Counted from the first letter of the stretch, positions 1-9,280 are shown. The stretch: DNA of 32,000 bases from Erysipelotrichaceae bacterium (GCA_028698185.1 JAQVDW010000003.1:90001-122000); one strand, 5' to 3'. Translations and numbers: made by a program. Notes: generated by a model from the sequence alone, not told the origin.

Positions 1-551
1 ATCAGGAAAACCAAGTGGAAATTCCTGCCCATATCGCCGGAGTGATGCTTGGAGCCATCCTGTCGGACACCCTGATTTTCAAATCGCCTACATGTACTGC
101 CAAGGATAAGGAAGTCGCTTTGACATTGGCTAAAATCGCAGGTGTTGATCTGCAAAAGTTCGGAATGGACATGTTCAAGGCCGGGACATCGCTGGTTGGC
201 AAGACGGTCGAAGAGATTTTCAATCAGGATATGAAAAAGTTCACGGTAAACGACAATACTGTTGCGGTTGCCCAGGTCAATACTATGGACATCGAAGGGT
301 TCATGGACTACAAAGGCGACATGCTTGAATATATGAACGATTTTTGTGAACGCAACAATCTGAAATTTGCTTTATTGTTGCTGACAGACGTTATTAACGG
401 CAACAGTGAGATTCTCGCTGCCGGAAGTCGCCAAGATTTCATAGAAGCTGCATTTGAAGCCAAATTGAAAGACCATCAGGCAACTTTGGCCGGAGTTGTA
501 TCACGTAAAAAGCAAGTTGTGCCGCAACTCACAGCGGTGTTGGCTCAATAA
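1..551 (+). CDS. ppaC: Manganese-dependent inorganic pyrophosphatase (family II, DHH/DHHA2), 5'-truncated by window edge
   Basis: Reading frame 3 is open from the window edge (QENQVEIPAHIAG...). SDTLIFKSPTCT, AQVNTMDIE and GVVSRKKQVVP run closely parallel to the C-terminal half of B. subtilis PpaC. Confidence 0.9.
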   Translation, partial: QENQVEIPAHIAGVMLGAILSDTLIFKSPTCTAKDKEVALTLAKIAGVDLQKFGMDMFKAGTSLVGKTVEEIFNQDMKKFTVNDNTVAVAQVNTMDIEGFMDYKGDMLEYMNDFCERNNLKFALLLLTDVINGNSEILAAGSRQDFIEAAFEAKLKDHQATLAGVVSRKKQVVPQLTAVLAQ

Positions 552-817
552 TGCGTTTAGACAAGTTTCTAAAAGTTTCGCGCATCATTAAACGGCGAGC
601 CCTGTCAAAAGAAATTGCCGAAAGCGGCCGGGTCAAGGTTAATGACAAAATTGCGAAACCATCGACAATCCTGAAAATTGGCGACCGGATTGAAATCGAA
701 TTTGGCCGGACCCTGCTTACCGTGGAAGTGTGCGAAATCAAAGCGCACGTCCTTAAGCAGGACAGCGGTCTGCTTTATCGAATTATCGACGAAAAGAAAA
801 TTGAAAGAGAGAGCTAG
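551..817 (+). CDS. rqcP: S4-domain RNA-binding protein, RqcP/YabO (Hsp15-like) family
   Basis: 88 aa. MRLDKFLKVSRIIKRR... is nearly colinear with B. subtilis YabO. TAATG start/stop overlap with ppaC. Confidence 0.8.
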   Translation: MRLDKFLKVSRIIKRRALSKEIAESGRVKVNDKIAKPSTILKIGDRIEIEFGRTLLTVEVCEIKAHVLKQDSGLLYRIIDEKKIERES

Positions 818-836
818 TTTCTCTCTTTTGTTTTTG
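805..836 (+). terminator. Intrinsic terminator after rqcP
   Basis: AGAGAG (808-813) pairs with CTCTCT (821-826), extendable by A-T and G-U pairs. 7-nt loop contains the stop codon. Followed by TTTTGTTTTTG. Confidence 0.6.
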
Positions 837-852
837 TAGGAGGGAAGTTACC

Positions 853-1725
853 ATGAATAAGACCAAAGGAATAATCCTGATAATCATGTCGGCGCTCGGT
901 TTTGCTTTGATGAGTGTGTTTGTCCGTTACTCCGGAGCCATTCCGTCAATTCAAAAAAGCTTTTTCCGGAATCTGATTGCCTTTATAGTATCATTGTTTT
1001 TTGTCGCCAGGACCCCGGGAAAAGTGAATCTGACCAGAAGATCCTGGCCAAGTCTGATCTTGCGATCGGTGGCTGGGACTGCGGGGATCATAGCGAATTT
1101 CTATGCGGTTGACCATCTGCTTATAGCCGATGCGTCAATGCTAAACAAACTGTCGCCGTTTTTCGTACTGATCTTTTCTTTTTTGTTGCTTAAAGAGAAG
1201 TTGACATCTTTTCAAGTTATTGTGGTTTGCGGAGCCTTTCTGGGAAGTCTGCTGGTTATTAAACCATCATTTCAGGGGATTGATTCCGGAATGATTGCCG
1301 GCTTGCTTGGTGGTCTTTGTGCCGGATTCGCTTATACTATGGTCCGCAAGCTAGGATTGCTCGAGGTCAAGGCCACGTTCATTGTGATGTTCTTTTCCGG
1401 TTTTTCCTGCCTGGTTACCCTCCCTTTTGTGATATTCAATTACACACCTATGTCATATATCCAAATCGGAAGTCTGCTTCTGGCGGGACTGGCGGCAACC
1501 CTTGGCCAGTTTTGCATCACGCTGGCATACAAATACGCTCCAGCCAGGGAAATATCGGTGTACGATTACTCAAGCATAATCTTCAGCGCCCTTTTTGGTT
1601 ATTTGGTGTTCAATCAGGTCAGTGATTTGCTCAGTTGGATTGGGTACCTGGTTATAATTTTGATGGCGGTAATGATGGTCCTGTACAACAAGGGTTATCT
1701 TGGTAAATATAATGGAATTAAATAA
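853..1725 (+). CDS. EamA/DMT-superfamily permease
   Basis: 290 aa with about 10 hydrophobic helices in two halves, typical of the EamA duplication. AGGAGGG RBS 8 nt upstream. Confidence 0.75.
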   Translation: MNKTKGIILIIMSALGFALMSVFVRYSGAIPSIQKSFFRNLIAFIVSLFFVARTPGKVNLTRRSWPSLILRSVAGTAGIIANFYAVDHLLIADASMLNKLSPFFVLIFSFLLLKEKLTSFQVIVVCGAFLGSLLVIKPSFQGIDSGMIAGLLGGLCAGFAYTMVRKLGLLEVKATFIVMFFSGFSCLVTLPFVIFNYTPMSYIQIGSLLLAGLAATLGQFCITLAYKYAPAREISVYDYSSIIFSALFGYLVFNQVSDLLSWIGYLVIILMAVMMVLYNKGYLGKYNGIK

Positions 1726-1782
1726 CAATGTTATTGTGTTCGTTACCTAGTGGTGCTATAATTTTGTCATGAGGTGATTACA

Positions 1783-2088
1783 ATGACCGGGAAGAAAAAA
1801 GTGAAGATGGCCTTAAGGATTTCTCTAGCAGTGTTCAGTCTTGTAGTCGCGGTATTTTTATCGTATACCACGATTGTGAAAATCAATAATACTTTGTCTA
1901 TGCACAGTCAGCTAAATGTCGTGACGAGCCAGAAGGCGGCCCTCGAGGCTCAGAAGGCGGATCTCGAAGTTGAGATTGAAAAGCTTCAGGACAGCAATTA
2001 TTTGGCTAACTATGCCCGGGAACATTATGTTTTTTTAAAAGACGGTGAACGGGTATCCATAATTCCTAATGTCGATGAGAATGAATAA
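1783..2088 (+). CDS. divIC: Septum formation initiator, DivIC/FtsB family
   Basis: Short basic N-terminus, one TM helix (ISLAVFSLVVAVFLSY), then a coiled coil (LEAQKADLEVEIEKLQ) and the tail YLANYAREHY. Lies downstream of the yabO homolog as in Bacillus. I prefer ATG 1783 (GAGGTG RBS at 1771-1776) over the track's GTG 1774. Confidence 0.7.
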   Translation: MTGKKKVKMALRISLAVFSLVVAVFLSYTTIVKINNTLSMHSQLNVVTSQKAALEAQKADLEVEIEKLQDSNYLANYAREHYVFLKDGERVSIIPNVDENE

Positions 2089-2099
2089 GGCCTATAAGG

Positions 2100-2131
2100 A
2101 ACCAACTGCAATTTGCAAGCTGGTTTTTTAT
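2100..2131 (+). terminator. Intrinsic terminator after divIC
   Basis: AACCAACTGCAA/GCAAGCTGGTT imperfect hairpin followed by TTTTTTATTTT. Confidence 0.55.
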
Positions 2132-2155
2132 TTTGTTTCAAAAACTAAAATGACG

Positions 2156-2183
2156 ATGACTGCAACAGATATTGTGATATAAT
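2156..2183 (+). promoter_or_regulatory. Candidate sigma-A promoter for the HAD-ung-folC operon
   Basis: -35-like ATGACT (2156-2161), 16-nt spacer, extended -10 TGaTATAAT (2175-2183). Confidence 0.5.
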
Positions 2184-2204
2184 AACCAAAAATGGAGGCT
2201 GATT

Positions 2205-3023
2205 ATGAAAAAAGTAATTTTTACCGATTTGGATGAGACACTGTTGATAAATCACCATGTTCCAAAAGAGAATCAGGAAGCGATTCAAAAGGCCAAGGAC
2301 AAAGGAGTGAAGGTCATCCCTTGCACGGGACGGGCATTTGGAATGATCAAGGAAATAACCCAGGAAATGGGAATAGACGGCGTTGAGGGGGAGTATGCGA
2401 TCTGTTTTAATGGCGGACTGATAATGGACCTTTCTGACGATTCGATTCTCCACTACCGGCCGATGAGTTTCGATCTGATCAAACCGATTTTTGAAAATGG
2501 TGTGGCCCAAGGTCTATGCATCCTGATCTTTGCGTTAGACAAGGTCTTTATCTTCAATCCCCTGGAGAGCGAGATCCAAAGAAAAATTGCCCAGAAGGCG
2601 GATTTCGAGGTACTTGAAGTCGGTGATTTCCGGCGTCTCAAGGAACTGGAATTGTCGAAGATCCTTTATGTCAATGAAGAAAAACAGGCACTGGATGAGG
2701 CCATTGGCACGCTTGAAAAAAATGTCCGGGATAATGTGGCTATATCATACTCGTCAAACCGCTATGCGGAGTTCAATCCCGCCGGTGTCGACAAAGGCTG
2801 GGCGATCCACTACCTTTGCGAAAAGCTGGGGATTTCAGTAGAGGATACCATCGGGGTTGGAGACAACTATAACGACATAAAAATGATTGAAGCGACCGGG
2901 CTTGGAGTATATATGGCCAACGCGCCCCATGAACTGGCAATCAAGGGTGACTATGTGACTGAGAAACGTTATGATGAGGGCGGATTTGTGGAAGTTGTGG
3001 AGAAGTTCATTTTAAATGATTGA
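2205..3023 (+). CDS. Cof-type HAD-IIB phosphatase
   Basis: N-terminal FTDLDETL (DxD motif), TGR, and C-terminal GVGDNYNDIKM motif. GGAGG RBS. Confidence 0.8.
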   Translation: MKKVIFTDLDETLLINHHVPKENQEAIQKAKDKGVKVIPCTGRAFGMIKEITQEMGIDGVEGEYAICFNGGLIMDLSDDSILHYRPMSFDLIKPIFENGVAQGLCILIFALDKVFIFNPLESEIQRKIAQKADFEVLEVGDFRRLKELELSKILYVNEEKQALDEAIGTLEKNVRDNVAISYSSNRYAEFNPAGVDKGWAIHYLCEKLGISVEDTIGVGDNYNDIKMIEATGLGVYMANAPHELAIKGDYVTEKRYDEGGFVEVVEKFILND

Positions 3024-3672
3024 TTTCACAACGTTTCTGGAAGAACAAAAAAACGAGTCTTATTACGAGGATTTGATGATAAAGGTCGAACTTGCGTACA
3101 AGTCAGCCAGGATCTACCCGCCCCGTGAACAGGTTTTCCGGGCCTTCGAGCTTTGTGATTTTCCCGATGTCAAGGTTGTCATCATCGGCCAAGATCCCTA
3201 CCATGAAGACGGTCAGGCAAATGGATTGGCCTTTAGCGTCAACAATGGGACAAAACTTCCGCCAAGTTTGCGCAACATTTATCAGGAGTTGGCCGCGGAT
3301 TTGGACTGTGAGATTGTTGACCATGGCGACCTGAGCCACTGGGCCCGCCAGGGCGTCCTGCTCATCAACAATGTATTGACCGTGCAGCAAGGAATGGCGA
3401 ACAGCCATTTCAATTACGGCTGGCAGGAATTTACCGCCCGGATTATTAAAACAATCAATGGTTCTACCCATCCGGTTGTATTCATATTGTGGGGGAAAAA
3501 CGCCCAAAAGACGGCCAAGGGGTTGGACTCACGCCATCTGGTGATCGAATCAGCCCACCCTTCGCCTCTTAGCGCCTATCGGGGCTTTTTCGGTTCGCGT
3601 CCGTTCAGCCAGGCTAATGAATTTTTAAGGAAACATAATTTAGGAGAGATTGACTGGTGTTTGAAAAAATAA
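3016..3672 (+). CDS. ung: Uracil-DNA glycosylase (family 1)
   Basis: GQDPYH water-activating loop, LLINNVLTV, and HPSPLSA leucine-loop motif. 8-nt overlap with the upstream HAD gene. Confidence 0.92.
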   Translation: MIDFTTFLEEQKNESYYEDLMIKVELAYKSARIYPPREQVFRAFELCDFPDVKVVIIGQDPYHEDGQANGLAFSVNNGTKLPPSLRNIYQELAADLDCEIVDHGDLSHWARQGVLLINNVLTVQQGMANSHFNYGWQEFTARIIKTINGSTHPVVFILWGKNAQKTAKGLDSRHLVIESAHPSPLSAYRGFFGSRPFSQANEFLRKHNLGEIDWCLKK

Positions 3673-4814
3673 GCGAAGCTTTGAATTATATCGAAAACAA
3701 AAGAATAAAAAGGACCCTTGAACAGTTCAAGGAAACACTGGTTAAGTACGGTTTTCATACCGGCTATGACAACGTGATTCACATAACTGGTACCAATGGC
3801 AAAGGTTCGACCGCAAAGTTTCTCCAGTTGATTCTAAGCAACCATGGATTCAAGACGGGCACATTCACCTCTCCGTATCTAGTCAAACATAATGATCGCA
3901 TGTGCATTGACGGGGAGATGATTGATGATTTGACTTTACTGAAAATCATCAACGACCTCCTTCCGGTGATTGAAGCCGAAGGTCTGTCGATGTTTGAGAT
4001 CGATTTGCTGATATGCCTGAAGTGGTTTGAGGACAAGTGTTTGGATTTCTTGATTTTTGAAGCTGGAATCGGCGGTCTCCACGACAAAACCAATATCTTT
4101 GATTCAAGAATCAGCGCAATCACCAATGTGAGTTTTGACCATCAAGATATGCTTGGTGGCAGCCTCGAAGATATTTGCGAACAAAAAATGGGGATAATTA
4201 GACCGAATTCCACCTTCCTGTCCACGGAAACAAACAGCGGGCTGATTGCGATGATGGAGCAGCGCTGCTTGGATTTGGCGACCAAGTTCATTCAAGTCGA
4301 CCGGGATATCATCAAGATTGAAGGCCAGGATATCGGTGTTGAGTTCGATCCTGAATATCAAAGGGCCAATTGCGCCCTGGCGGTTTCAATCGCCAATGAG
4401 CTGATCCGATTGGATTTGAACGTATCATTGGATGCGATTGCAAGATTTTCCTTGCCGCTTCATTTTGAGCGTATCGACAAATTCATTCTCGACGGGTCCC
4501 ATAACCCGGCGGGGATAGAAGCTTTGTTGAAATCTGTCGCCGCTTTGAAGAATGTGGCCTTCGTTTTCAGCGCCCTGGATGACAAAGACAACGCCCAAAT
4601 GTTGGATTTACTTAACACTTATCCTGTATATGTAAGCAGTTTCCCTGATTTTCGGCAAAAACAAAATAAATATGAAAATTTTACAAATACTTTATCCAAA
4701 ATTTACCAAAAGTATGATACAATAATTCTTACAGGAAGCATTCATTTTGTTTCATATGCTAGAATTTACTTGGGGGAAAAATTTCATGATATCATTAACG
4801 AGGGAGAAAATTAA
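3657..4814 (+). CDS. folC: Folylpolyglutamate synthase / dihydrofolate synthase
   Basis: Mur-ligase P-loop HITGTNGKGST about 45 aa from the N-terminus, SFDHQDMLG, and DGSHNPAG. GTG start preceded by AGGAGA. Overlaps the end of ung. Confidence 0.85.
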   Translation: MFEKISEALNYIENKRIKRTLEQFKETLVKYGFHTGYDNVIHITGTNGKGSTAKFLQLILSNHGFKTGTFTSPYLVKHNDRMCIDGEMIDDLTLLKIINDLLPVIEAEGLSMFEIDLLICLKWFEDKCLDFLIFEAGIGGLHDKTNIFDSRISAITNVSFDHQDMLGGSLEDICEQKMGIIRPNSTFLSTETNSGLIAMMEQRCLDLATKFIQVDRDIIKIEGQDIGVEFDPEYQRANCALAVSIANELIRLDLNVSLDAIARFSLPLHFERIDKFILDGSHNPAGIEALLKSVAALKNVAFVFSALDDKDNAQMLDLLNTYPVYVSSFPDFRQKQNKYENFTNTLSKIYQKYDTIILTGSIHFVSYARIYLGEKFHDIINEGEN

Positions 4815-4834
4815 ATATCAGTGAAGTTTTTGAG

Positions 4835-4863
4835 GTGTCTAAAATCATTTAGGCACTTTTTTG
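4835..4863 (+). terminator. Intrinsic terminator after folC
   Basis: GTGTCTAAA/TTTAGGCAC stem (one G-U pair), 4-nt loop, T-run 4857-4862. Confidence 0.7.
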
Positions 4864-4898
4864 TACATCAATTTTAGCTGTAAAAATGAAGTAGACTG

Positions 4899-4907
4899 TG
4901 GTACAAT
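4899..4907 (+). promoter_or_regulatory. Candidate extended -10 promoter of the glg operon
   Basis: TGgTACAAT. The -35 is weak (TGTAAA region around 4879-4884). Confidence 0.4.
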
Positions 4908-4914
4908 TAAATTA

Positions 4915-4929
4915 AGTAAACGCTTACAT
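4915..4929 (-). promoter_or_regulatory. Catabolite-responsive element (cre, CcpA site) in the glgC leader
   Basis: Minus-strand ATGTAAGCGTTTACT fits the degenerate consensus WTGNAANCGNWNNCW at every specified position. Lies between the candidate -10 and the glgC RBS. Confidence 0.55.
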
Positions 4930-4947
4930 TTCAAGGAGGAGAATACT

Positions 4948-6075
4948 ATGGGTAAAGAAATTGTAGCAATGATTTTAGCAGGAGGACGGGGAACCAGGCT
5001 TAAAGCATTAACTGCTAGTGTCGCTAAGCCGGCAGTGCATTTTGGGGGGAAGTACAGGATTATCGATTTTCCTCTAAGCAATTGTGCCAATTCAGGAATA
5101 GATGTAGTGGGGGTTTTGACTCAGTATGAGTCAGTTCTTTTGGGGACTTATGTCGGAGCTGGAACAAAATGGGGTCTTGATGGAAAACAATCGACAGCTG
5201 CGGTTCTGCCAGCACGTGAACGTGGTGGTGTCGGTGCGACATGGTATGCCGGGACTGCCGATGCCATATATCAAAATATCGGATTTTTGGATGAACACTC
5301 ACCGGAATATGTTTTGATTCTGTCGGGTGACCATATTTATAAAATGGACTATGACAAGATGCTTGAAGCGCACAAGCAAAAAGGAGCGGATTGCACCATT
5401 GCCGTCTTGAACGTTTCATTAAAAGAGGCAAGCCGCTTTGGTATCATGAATACCAATCCTGATGGAACTGTTTACGAGTTTGATGAAAAGCCGGAAAAAC
5501 CGAAATCTACGCTGGCATCAATGGGGATTTACATTTACACTTATCAGGAATTGCGCAAATATCTGATTGAAGATGCCAAAGATGAAAAATCGGCGCACGA
5601 TTTCGGAATGAACATCATTCCTAACATGTTGGCGGACAACAAGAAACTGTACGCTTATGAGTTCGATGGTTATTGGAAAGATGTAGGGACAGTAGAGTCG
5701 TTATGGGAAGCGAACATGGACCTTCTTGAAGACCGTGAATTGGATCTTTACAATATCAAGAAAGATTGGAAAATTTACACCGAAGATACATTGGCTCAGC
5801 CTCAATACGTTGGTGAAGACGCGCAGATTTCAAATTCAATCATCAATCAAGGATGCATGATTGAAGGAACAGTCACTGGCTCAATTCTTTTCGGTGGAGT
5901 CAGCGTCGGAAAAGGAGCAATTGTTGAGGATTCGGTTCTGATGCCGGGGGTATTGGTTGAAGAAGGAAGCGTCATCCGCAAGGCGATTATCGACGAGGGT
6001 GTTGTTATCACGGAAAACTCAAAAATCAACGAAGATGCCGGTGAAGTGGTACTGGTATCTAACAACGAAGGCTAG
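4948..6075 (+). CDS. glgC: Glucose-1-phosphate adenylyltransferase, catalytic subunit
   Basis: MILAGGRGTRLKALT nucleotidyltransferase motif, FGGKYRIIDF, C-terminal left-handed beta-helix repeats. ATG 4948 with AAGGAGG RBS is preferred over the track's upstream start at 4861. Confidence 0.92.
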   Translation: MGKEIVAMILAGGRGTRLKALTASVAKPAVHFGGKYRIIDFPLSNCANSGIDVVGVLTQYESVLLGTYVGAGTKWGLDGKQSTAAVLPARERGGVGATWYAGTADAIYQNIGFLDEHSPEYVLILSGDHIYKMDYDKMLEAHKQKGADCTIAVLNVSLKEASRFGIMNTNPDGTVYEFDEKPEKPKSTLASMGIYIYTYQELRKYLIEDAKDEKSAHDFGMNIIPNMLADNKKLYAYEFDGYWKDVGTVESLWEANMDLLEDRELDLYNIKKDWKIYTEDTLAQPQYVGEDAQISNSIINQGCMIEGTVTGSILFGGVSVGKGAIVEDSVLMPGVLVEEGSVIRKAIIDEGVVITENSKINEDAGEVVLVSNNEG

Positions 6076-6087
6076 GGGGAAATAATA

Positions 6088-7197
6088 ATGGCAAAAGTAA
6101 TTGGAATTGTAAACTTGCACACAACTACAAGTTTTGATGGATTAACGGAAAGAAGACCAAGCGCGTCAGTCAGCTTTTTGGGCCGCTATGCCCTTATCGA
6201 CTTCGTATTGTCAAACATGTCCAATTCGAACATCGATTCTGTCGGTGTGTTGATCCAGGAAAAACCAAGATCGTTATTCAAACATCTTGGTGGCGGGGAT
6301 TCTTGGAACTTCAACTCGAAAGCGGGGGGGATTTCGTTCCTGTACAATGAAAAATATGCGAACAACAAAAAATACAACCATGACTTGAACAATTTGGAAG
6401 AAAACATCCATATAATCGAGTCGGTCAACGCCAAGTATGTGGTTATCGCGCCTGCCCATATTTTGACTACAATGAACTACGACGACATGATCACTGCCCA
6501 TGAAAAAACCGGGGCGCGAATCACTGTTGCTTATCAGCATATCAACAACGGCGGGGAAACTTTTATCGGTGCCCAGACATTGAAAGTCGAAGATGGAATA
6601 ATCAAGTCGTTTGCGGCGAACAAAGGTGTAAATAACGAGTGCGACGTTTCTTTGGAAACTTATGTAATCAACAAGGACGCTCTTTGTGACATAATCCGTG
6701 ATGCCAAGAAAGCTTCATCTTTCTTCAAGTTGAAAGATGCCCTGGCTTACTACGCTTCTGAAAAGAAGATCAATGCCTACGAATACCGCGGTTATGCAAG
6801 ATATGTGGATTCGCTTGAAAACTACTACAAGGTTTCTCTTGAATTCCTTAATCTTGACATCTCGTCGGCCGTTTTCAAATCAAACTGGCCGATCTACACC
6901 CTTACCAATGACACACCACCGGCCAAATATCTTAAAGATGCTTCGGTCAAGAAATCTTTCATCGCCAATGGGGCTTTGATCAACGGTACCGTTGAAAACA
7001 GCATCATCGGACGTGATGTTGAAATCGGAACCGGGGCTATTGTGAAGAATTCAATCATCTTCACTGGTGCGAAAATCGCCGAAGGTGCGGTGGTTGTCAA
7101 CACGATCATGGATAAAAGATCACAGGTCAAAATTCAAAAAGACCTTATCGGTGATCCGCAGACACCACTTTATGTCAAAGAAGGGGATGTTGTTTAA
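6088..7197 (+). CDS. glgD: Glucose-1-phosphate adenylyltransferase, regulatory GlgD subunit
   Basis: GlgC paralog lacking the GGxGxRL motif (VIGIVNLHTTTSFDGLT...). Sits between glgC and glgA, as is typical of Bacillota. Confidence 0.85.
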   Translation: MAKVIGIVNLHTTTSFDGLTERRPSASVSFLGRYALIDFVLSNMSNSNIDSVGVLIQEKPRSLFKHLGGGDSWNFNSKAGGISFLYNEKYANNKKYNHDLNNLEENIHIIESVNAKYVVIAPAHILTTMNYDDMITAHEKTGARITVAYQHINNGGETFIGAQTLKVEDGIIKSFAANKGVNNECDVSLETYVINKDALCDIIRDAKKASSFFKLKDALAYYASEKKINAYEYRGYARYVDSLENYYKVSLEFLNLDISSAVFKSNWPIYTLTNDTPPAKYLKDASVKKSFIANGALINGTVENSIIGRDVEIGTGAIVKNSIIFTGAKIAEGAVVVNTIMDKRSQVKIQKDLIGDPQTPLYVKEGDVV

Positions 7198-8624
7198 TGC
7201 GTGTCTTATTTGCTGCAAGCGAAGCGGTGCCTTTTATCAAGTCCGGCGGACTTGCCGATGTTATCGGGGCATTGCCTAAAGAACTGACAAAAAAAGGCGT
7301 TGAGGCCCTTGTAGTGCTGCCAAAATACAGCGACATGAAAATGTCGGACGAATTGGAATATGTGACCTCGTACGATATCTACATTGGCTGGCGCAAAGTT
7401 TACTGCGGTATTTTCAAGGCTGAAGTGGATGGGGTTGTCTATTATTTCATCGATAATGAAACTTATTTCCGCCGACCTGGGCTGTATGGATATCATGATG
7501 ACAATGAGCGTTTTGCTTTCTTTGACTTTGCGGTCCTTGAGCTGATCAGCCATTTGAACCTTGATATTGATGTTTTGCATCTCCATGACTGGCAGACTGC
7601 GATGATTGCCATGGTCTACAAAGAAAGATACAGCTATTTCCCGGGATATGAAAACATCAAGATTGTCTTTACAATCCACAATATCGCATTCCAAGGAAAA
7701 TGTGACCCTAAACTGTTGACTGACCTTTTCAGTCTGGACAGTTACCTGTACTACAATGGCAATGCCCGTCATGATGATTGTTTGAACATGATGAAGGCAG
7801 CGATTGTCTATAGTGACATCATTACCACAGTGTCGCCAACATATGCCAAGGAAATACTGACTCCCGAATACGGAGAAGGATTGCACACCGTTTTGGAACT
7901 GCGCCGCTATGATCTTTACGGGATACTGAACGGAATCGATTATGATATCAACAACCCGGAAACCGATGGCAGCCTGGTTGCCAATTTCAATTCGGATAAC
8001 TTCCGTGTTGAAAAAGTCAAAAACAAACTGGCCTTGCAAAAAGAGGTCGGTCTTGAACAAGACAGCAGGGTTCCCCTGATCGGAGTCGTTACCCGGCTGA
8101 CCCGGCAAAAAGGTCTGGATCTGATTCTCAACAAGCTCGAATTGCTGATGGAAGAGGAAGTCCAGGTCGTTATCCTGGGGGCAGGTGATCAAGTTTACGA
8201 ACAGGCTCTAAAAGATGTCGCTTGGAAGTACGATGGCAAATTGTCGGTTCAGTTGAAATATGATTTCGGTCTTTCTTGCCGCATTTACGGCGGTACCGAT
8301 ATGTTCTTGATGCCTTCGCTGTTCGAGCCTTGTGGTCTTTCACAGATGATGGCGTTGCGGTATGGTTCGGTTCCGATTGTCCGGGAAACCGGCGGTCTTA
8401 AAGATTCTGTTCCTGCCTTTGACGATGAAAATCAGACTGGTTTAGGATTCTCGTTCGTGAATTTCAACGCCGAAGAAATGTTTGACACAATTCTTTATGC
8501 TTTGCATGTGTATTACAACAACCGTGAGTCTTGGGATGACCTGGTAAAACGCGGCATGAATGCCAAGTTGGACTGGGAGCATTCGGCACAAGAATACTTA
8601 AAAATTTACAAATCCTTGCTTTAA
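7197..8624 (+). CDS. glgA: Glycogen (starch) synthase, ADP-glucose type (GT5)
   Basis: N-terminal MRVLFAASEAVPFIKSGGLADV (KxGGL motif), HDWQTA, and FLMPSLFEPCGLSQM. TAATG overlap with glgD. Confidence 0.93.
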   Translation: MRVLFAASEAVPFIKSGGLADVIGALPKELTKKGVEALVVLPKYSDMKMSDELEYVTSYDIYIGWRKVYCGIFKAEVDGVVYYFIDNETYFRRPGLYGYHDDNERFAFFDFAVLELISHLNLDIDVLHLHDWQTAMIAMVYKERYSYFPGYENIKIVFTIHNIAFQGKCDPKLLTDLFSLDSYLYYNGNARHDDCLNMMKAAIVYSDIITTVSPTYAKEILTPEYGEGLHTVLELRRYDLYGILNGIDYDINNPETDGSLVANFNSDNFRVEKVKNKLALQKEVGLEQDSRVPLIGVVTRLTRQKGLDLILNKLELLMEEEVQVVILGAGDQVYEQALKDVAWKYDGKLSVQLKYDFGLSCRIYGGTDMFLMPSLFEPCGLSQMMALRYGSVPIVRETGGLKDSVPAFDDENQTGLGFSFVNFNAEEMFDTILYALHVYYNNRESWDDLVKRGMNAKLDWEHSAQEYLKIYKSLL

Positions 8625-8631
8625 CCAATCA

Positions 8632-8672
8632 AATGCCGGCACAGATTACCCAAAGTGCCGGCATTTCTTTTT
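8632..8672 (+). terminator. Intrinsic terminator after glgA
   Basis: Perfect 11-bp stem AATGCCGGCAC/GTGCCGGCATT, 12-nt loop, followed by TCTTTTT. Confidence 0.85.
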
Positions 8673-8720
8673 GGATTCAACCAAAAAATGTTGAGATTAT
8701 CGGACATTTACGTGAAGTTG

Positions 8721-8749
8721 TTGCACTGGGGCGGATATTTTAGTAAAAT
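8721..8749 (+). promoter_or_regulatory. Candidate promoter of the lipoprotein-cysS-mrnC-rlmB unit
   Basis: TTGCAC, 17-nt spacer, TAAAAT. Lies 19 nt upstream of the lipoprotein start codon. Confidence 0.45.
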
Positions 8750-8767
8750 GAAAAAAGGAGGTTTCTT

Positions 8768-9280
8768 ATGAGGAAAATATTATTTTCGTTTCTGGTGGCA
8801 ATTATTTTTTTAGCCGGCTGTCAGTCCGACGAATTGTCGAACAATACGGTTAAAAATGGAATAGAATATCAAGTTAGTGATGACATCTCTTTCTACTATC
8901 CGGACACGTTTGAATTGAGCGCGGCCACAGGTGAAGAGGTTTCTTTTGGAAAAGAAGATCAGAAAATATATTACAAGTCGATCAAGGAGGATACCCAAAA
9001 TCAACTTGACGACCTGGATGAATTGTACATTGGCACATTGGAACAGGAAGGTGCCCAGATCATAGATGTATCCAAACCGATAATCGCAAGTGGCCTTGAT
9101 TGCTACTTCATTAAGGGTATTTATGGCGATGTCGCTATCCGTTTTAGCGAGCTGGTCTATTTCACCTCGTCGATGACCTATGTCTACGGTTATCAGGCAG
9201 CCACGGATAAGTACAATGAAAACAGTGATATTATCCGCACATATTTGGAAACATTAGTAATTGATACAGGAGAAAAATAG
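8768..9280 (+). CDS. Lipoprotein of unknown function
   Basis: Signal peptide with lipobox LAGC (Cys18). No recognisable catalytic motif. Its stop codon directly abuts the cysS ATG. Confidence 0.65.
   Translation: MRKILFSFLVAIIFLAGCQSDELSNNTVKNGIEYQVSDDISFYYPDTFELSAATGEEVSFGKEDQKIYYKSIKEDTQNQLDDLDELYIGTLEQEGAQIIDVSKPIIASGLDCYFIKGIYGDVAIRFSELVYFTSSMTYVYGYQAATDKYNENSDIIRTYLETLVIDTGEK

Noticed and set aside
4861-4947. 29-codon N-terminal extension of glgC in the ORF track
   Set aside because: It starts at TTG directly after the folC terminator T-run and has no SD. The ATG at 4948 has an AAGGAGG SD and gives the canonical GlgC N-terminus. The extension would also cover the promoter and the cre.
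7206-8192. 328-aa ORF antisense to glgA
   Set aside because: It lies entirely inside a clearly homologous glgA frame. It has no RBS and no recognisable motif, and its composition simply mirrors the codon bias of the sense strand.
8673-8767. T-box leader expected upstream of an aminoacyl-tRNA synthetase operon (also checked at 26316-26412 for gltX)
   Set aside because: Both regions are under 100 nt, contain a promoter and an RBS only, and have no specifier stem, T-box sequence or terminator/antiterminator pair.
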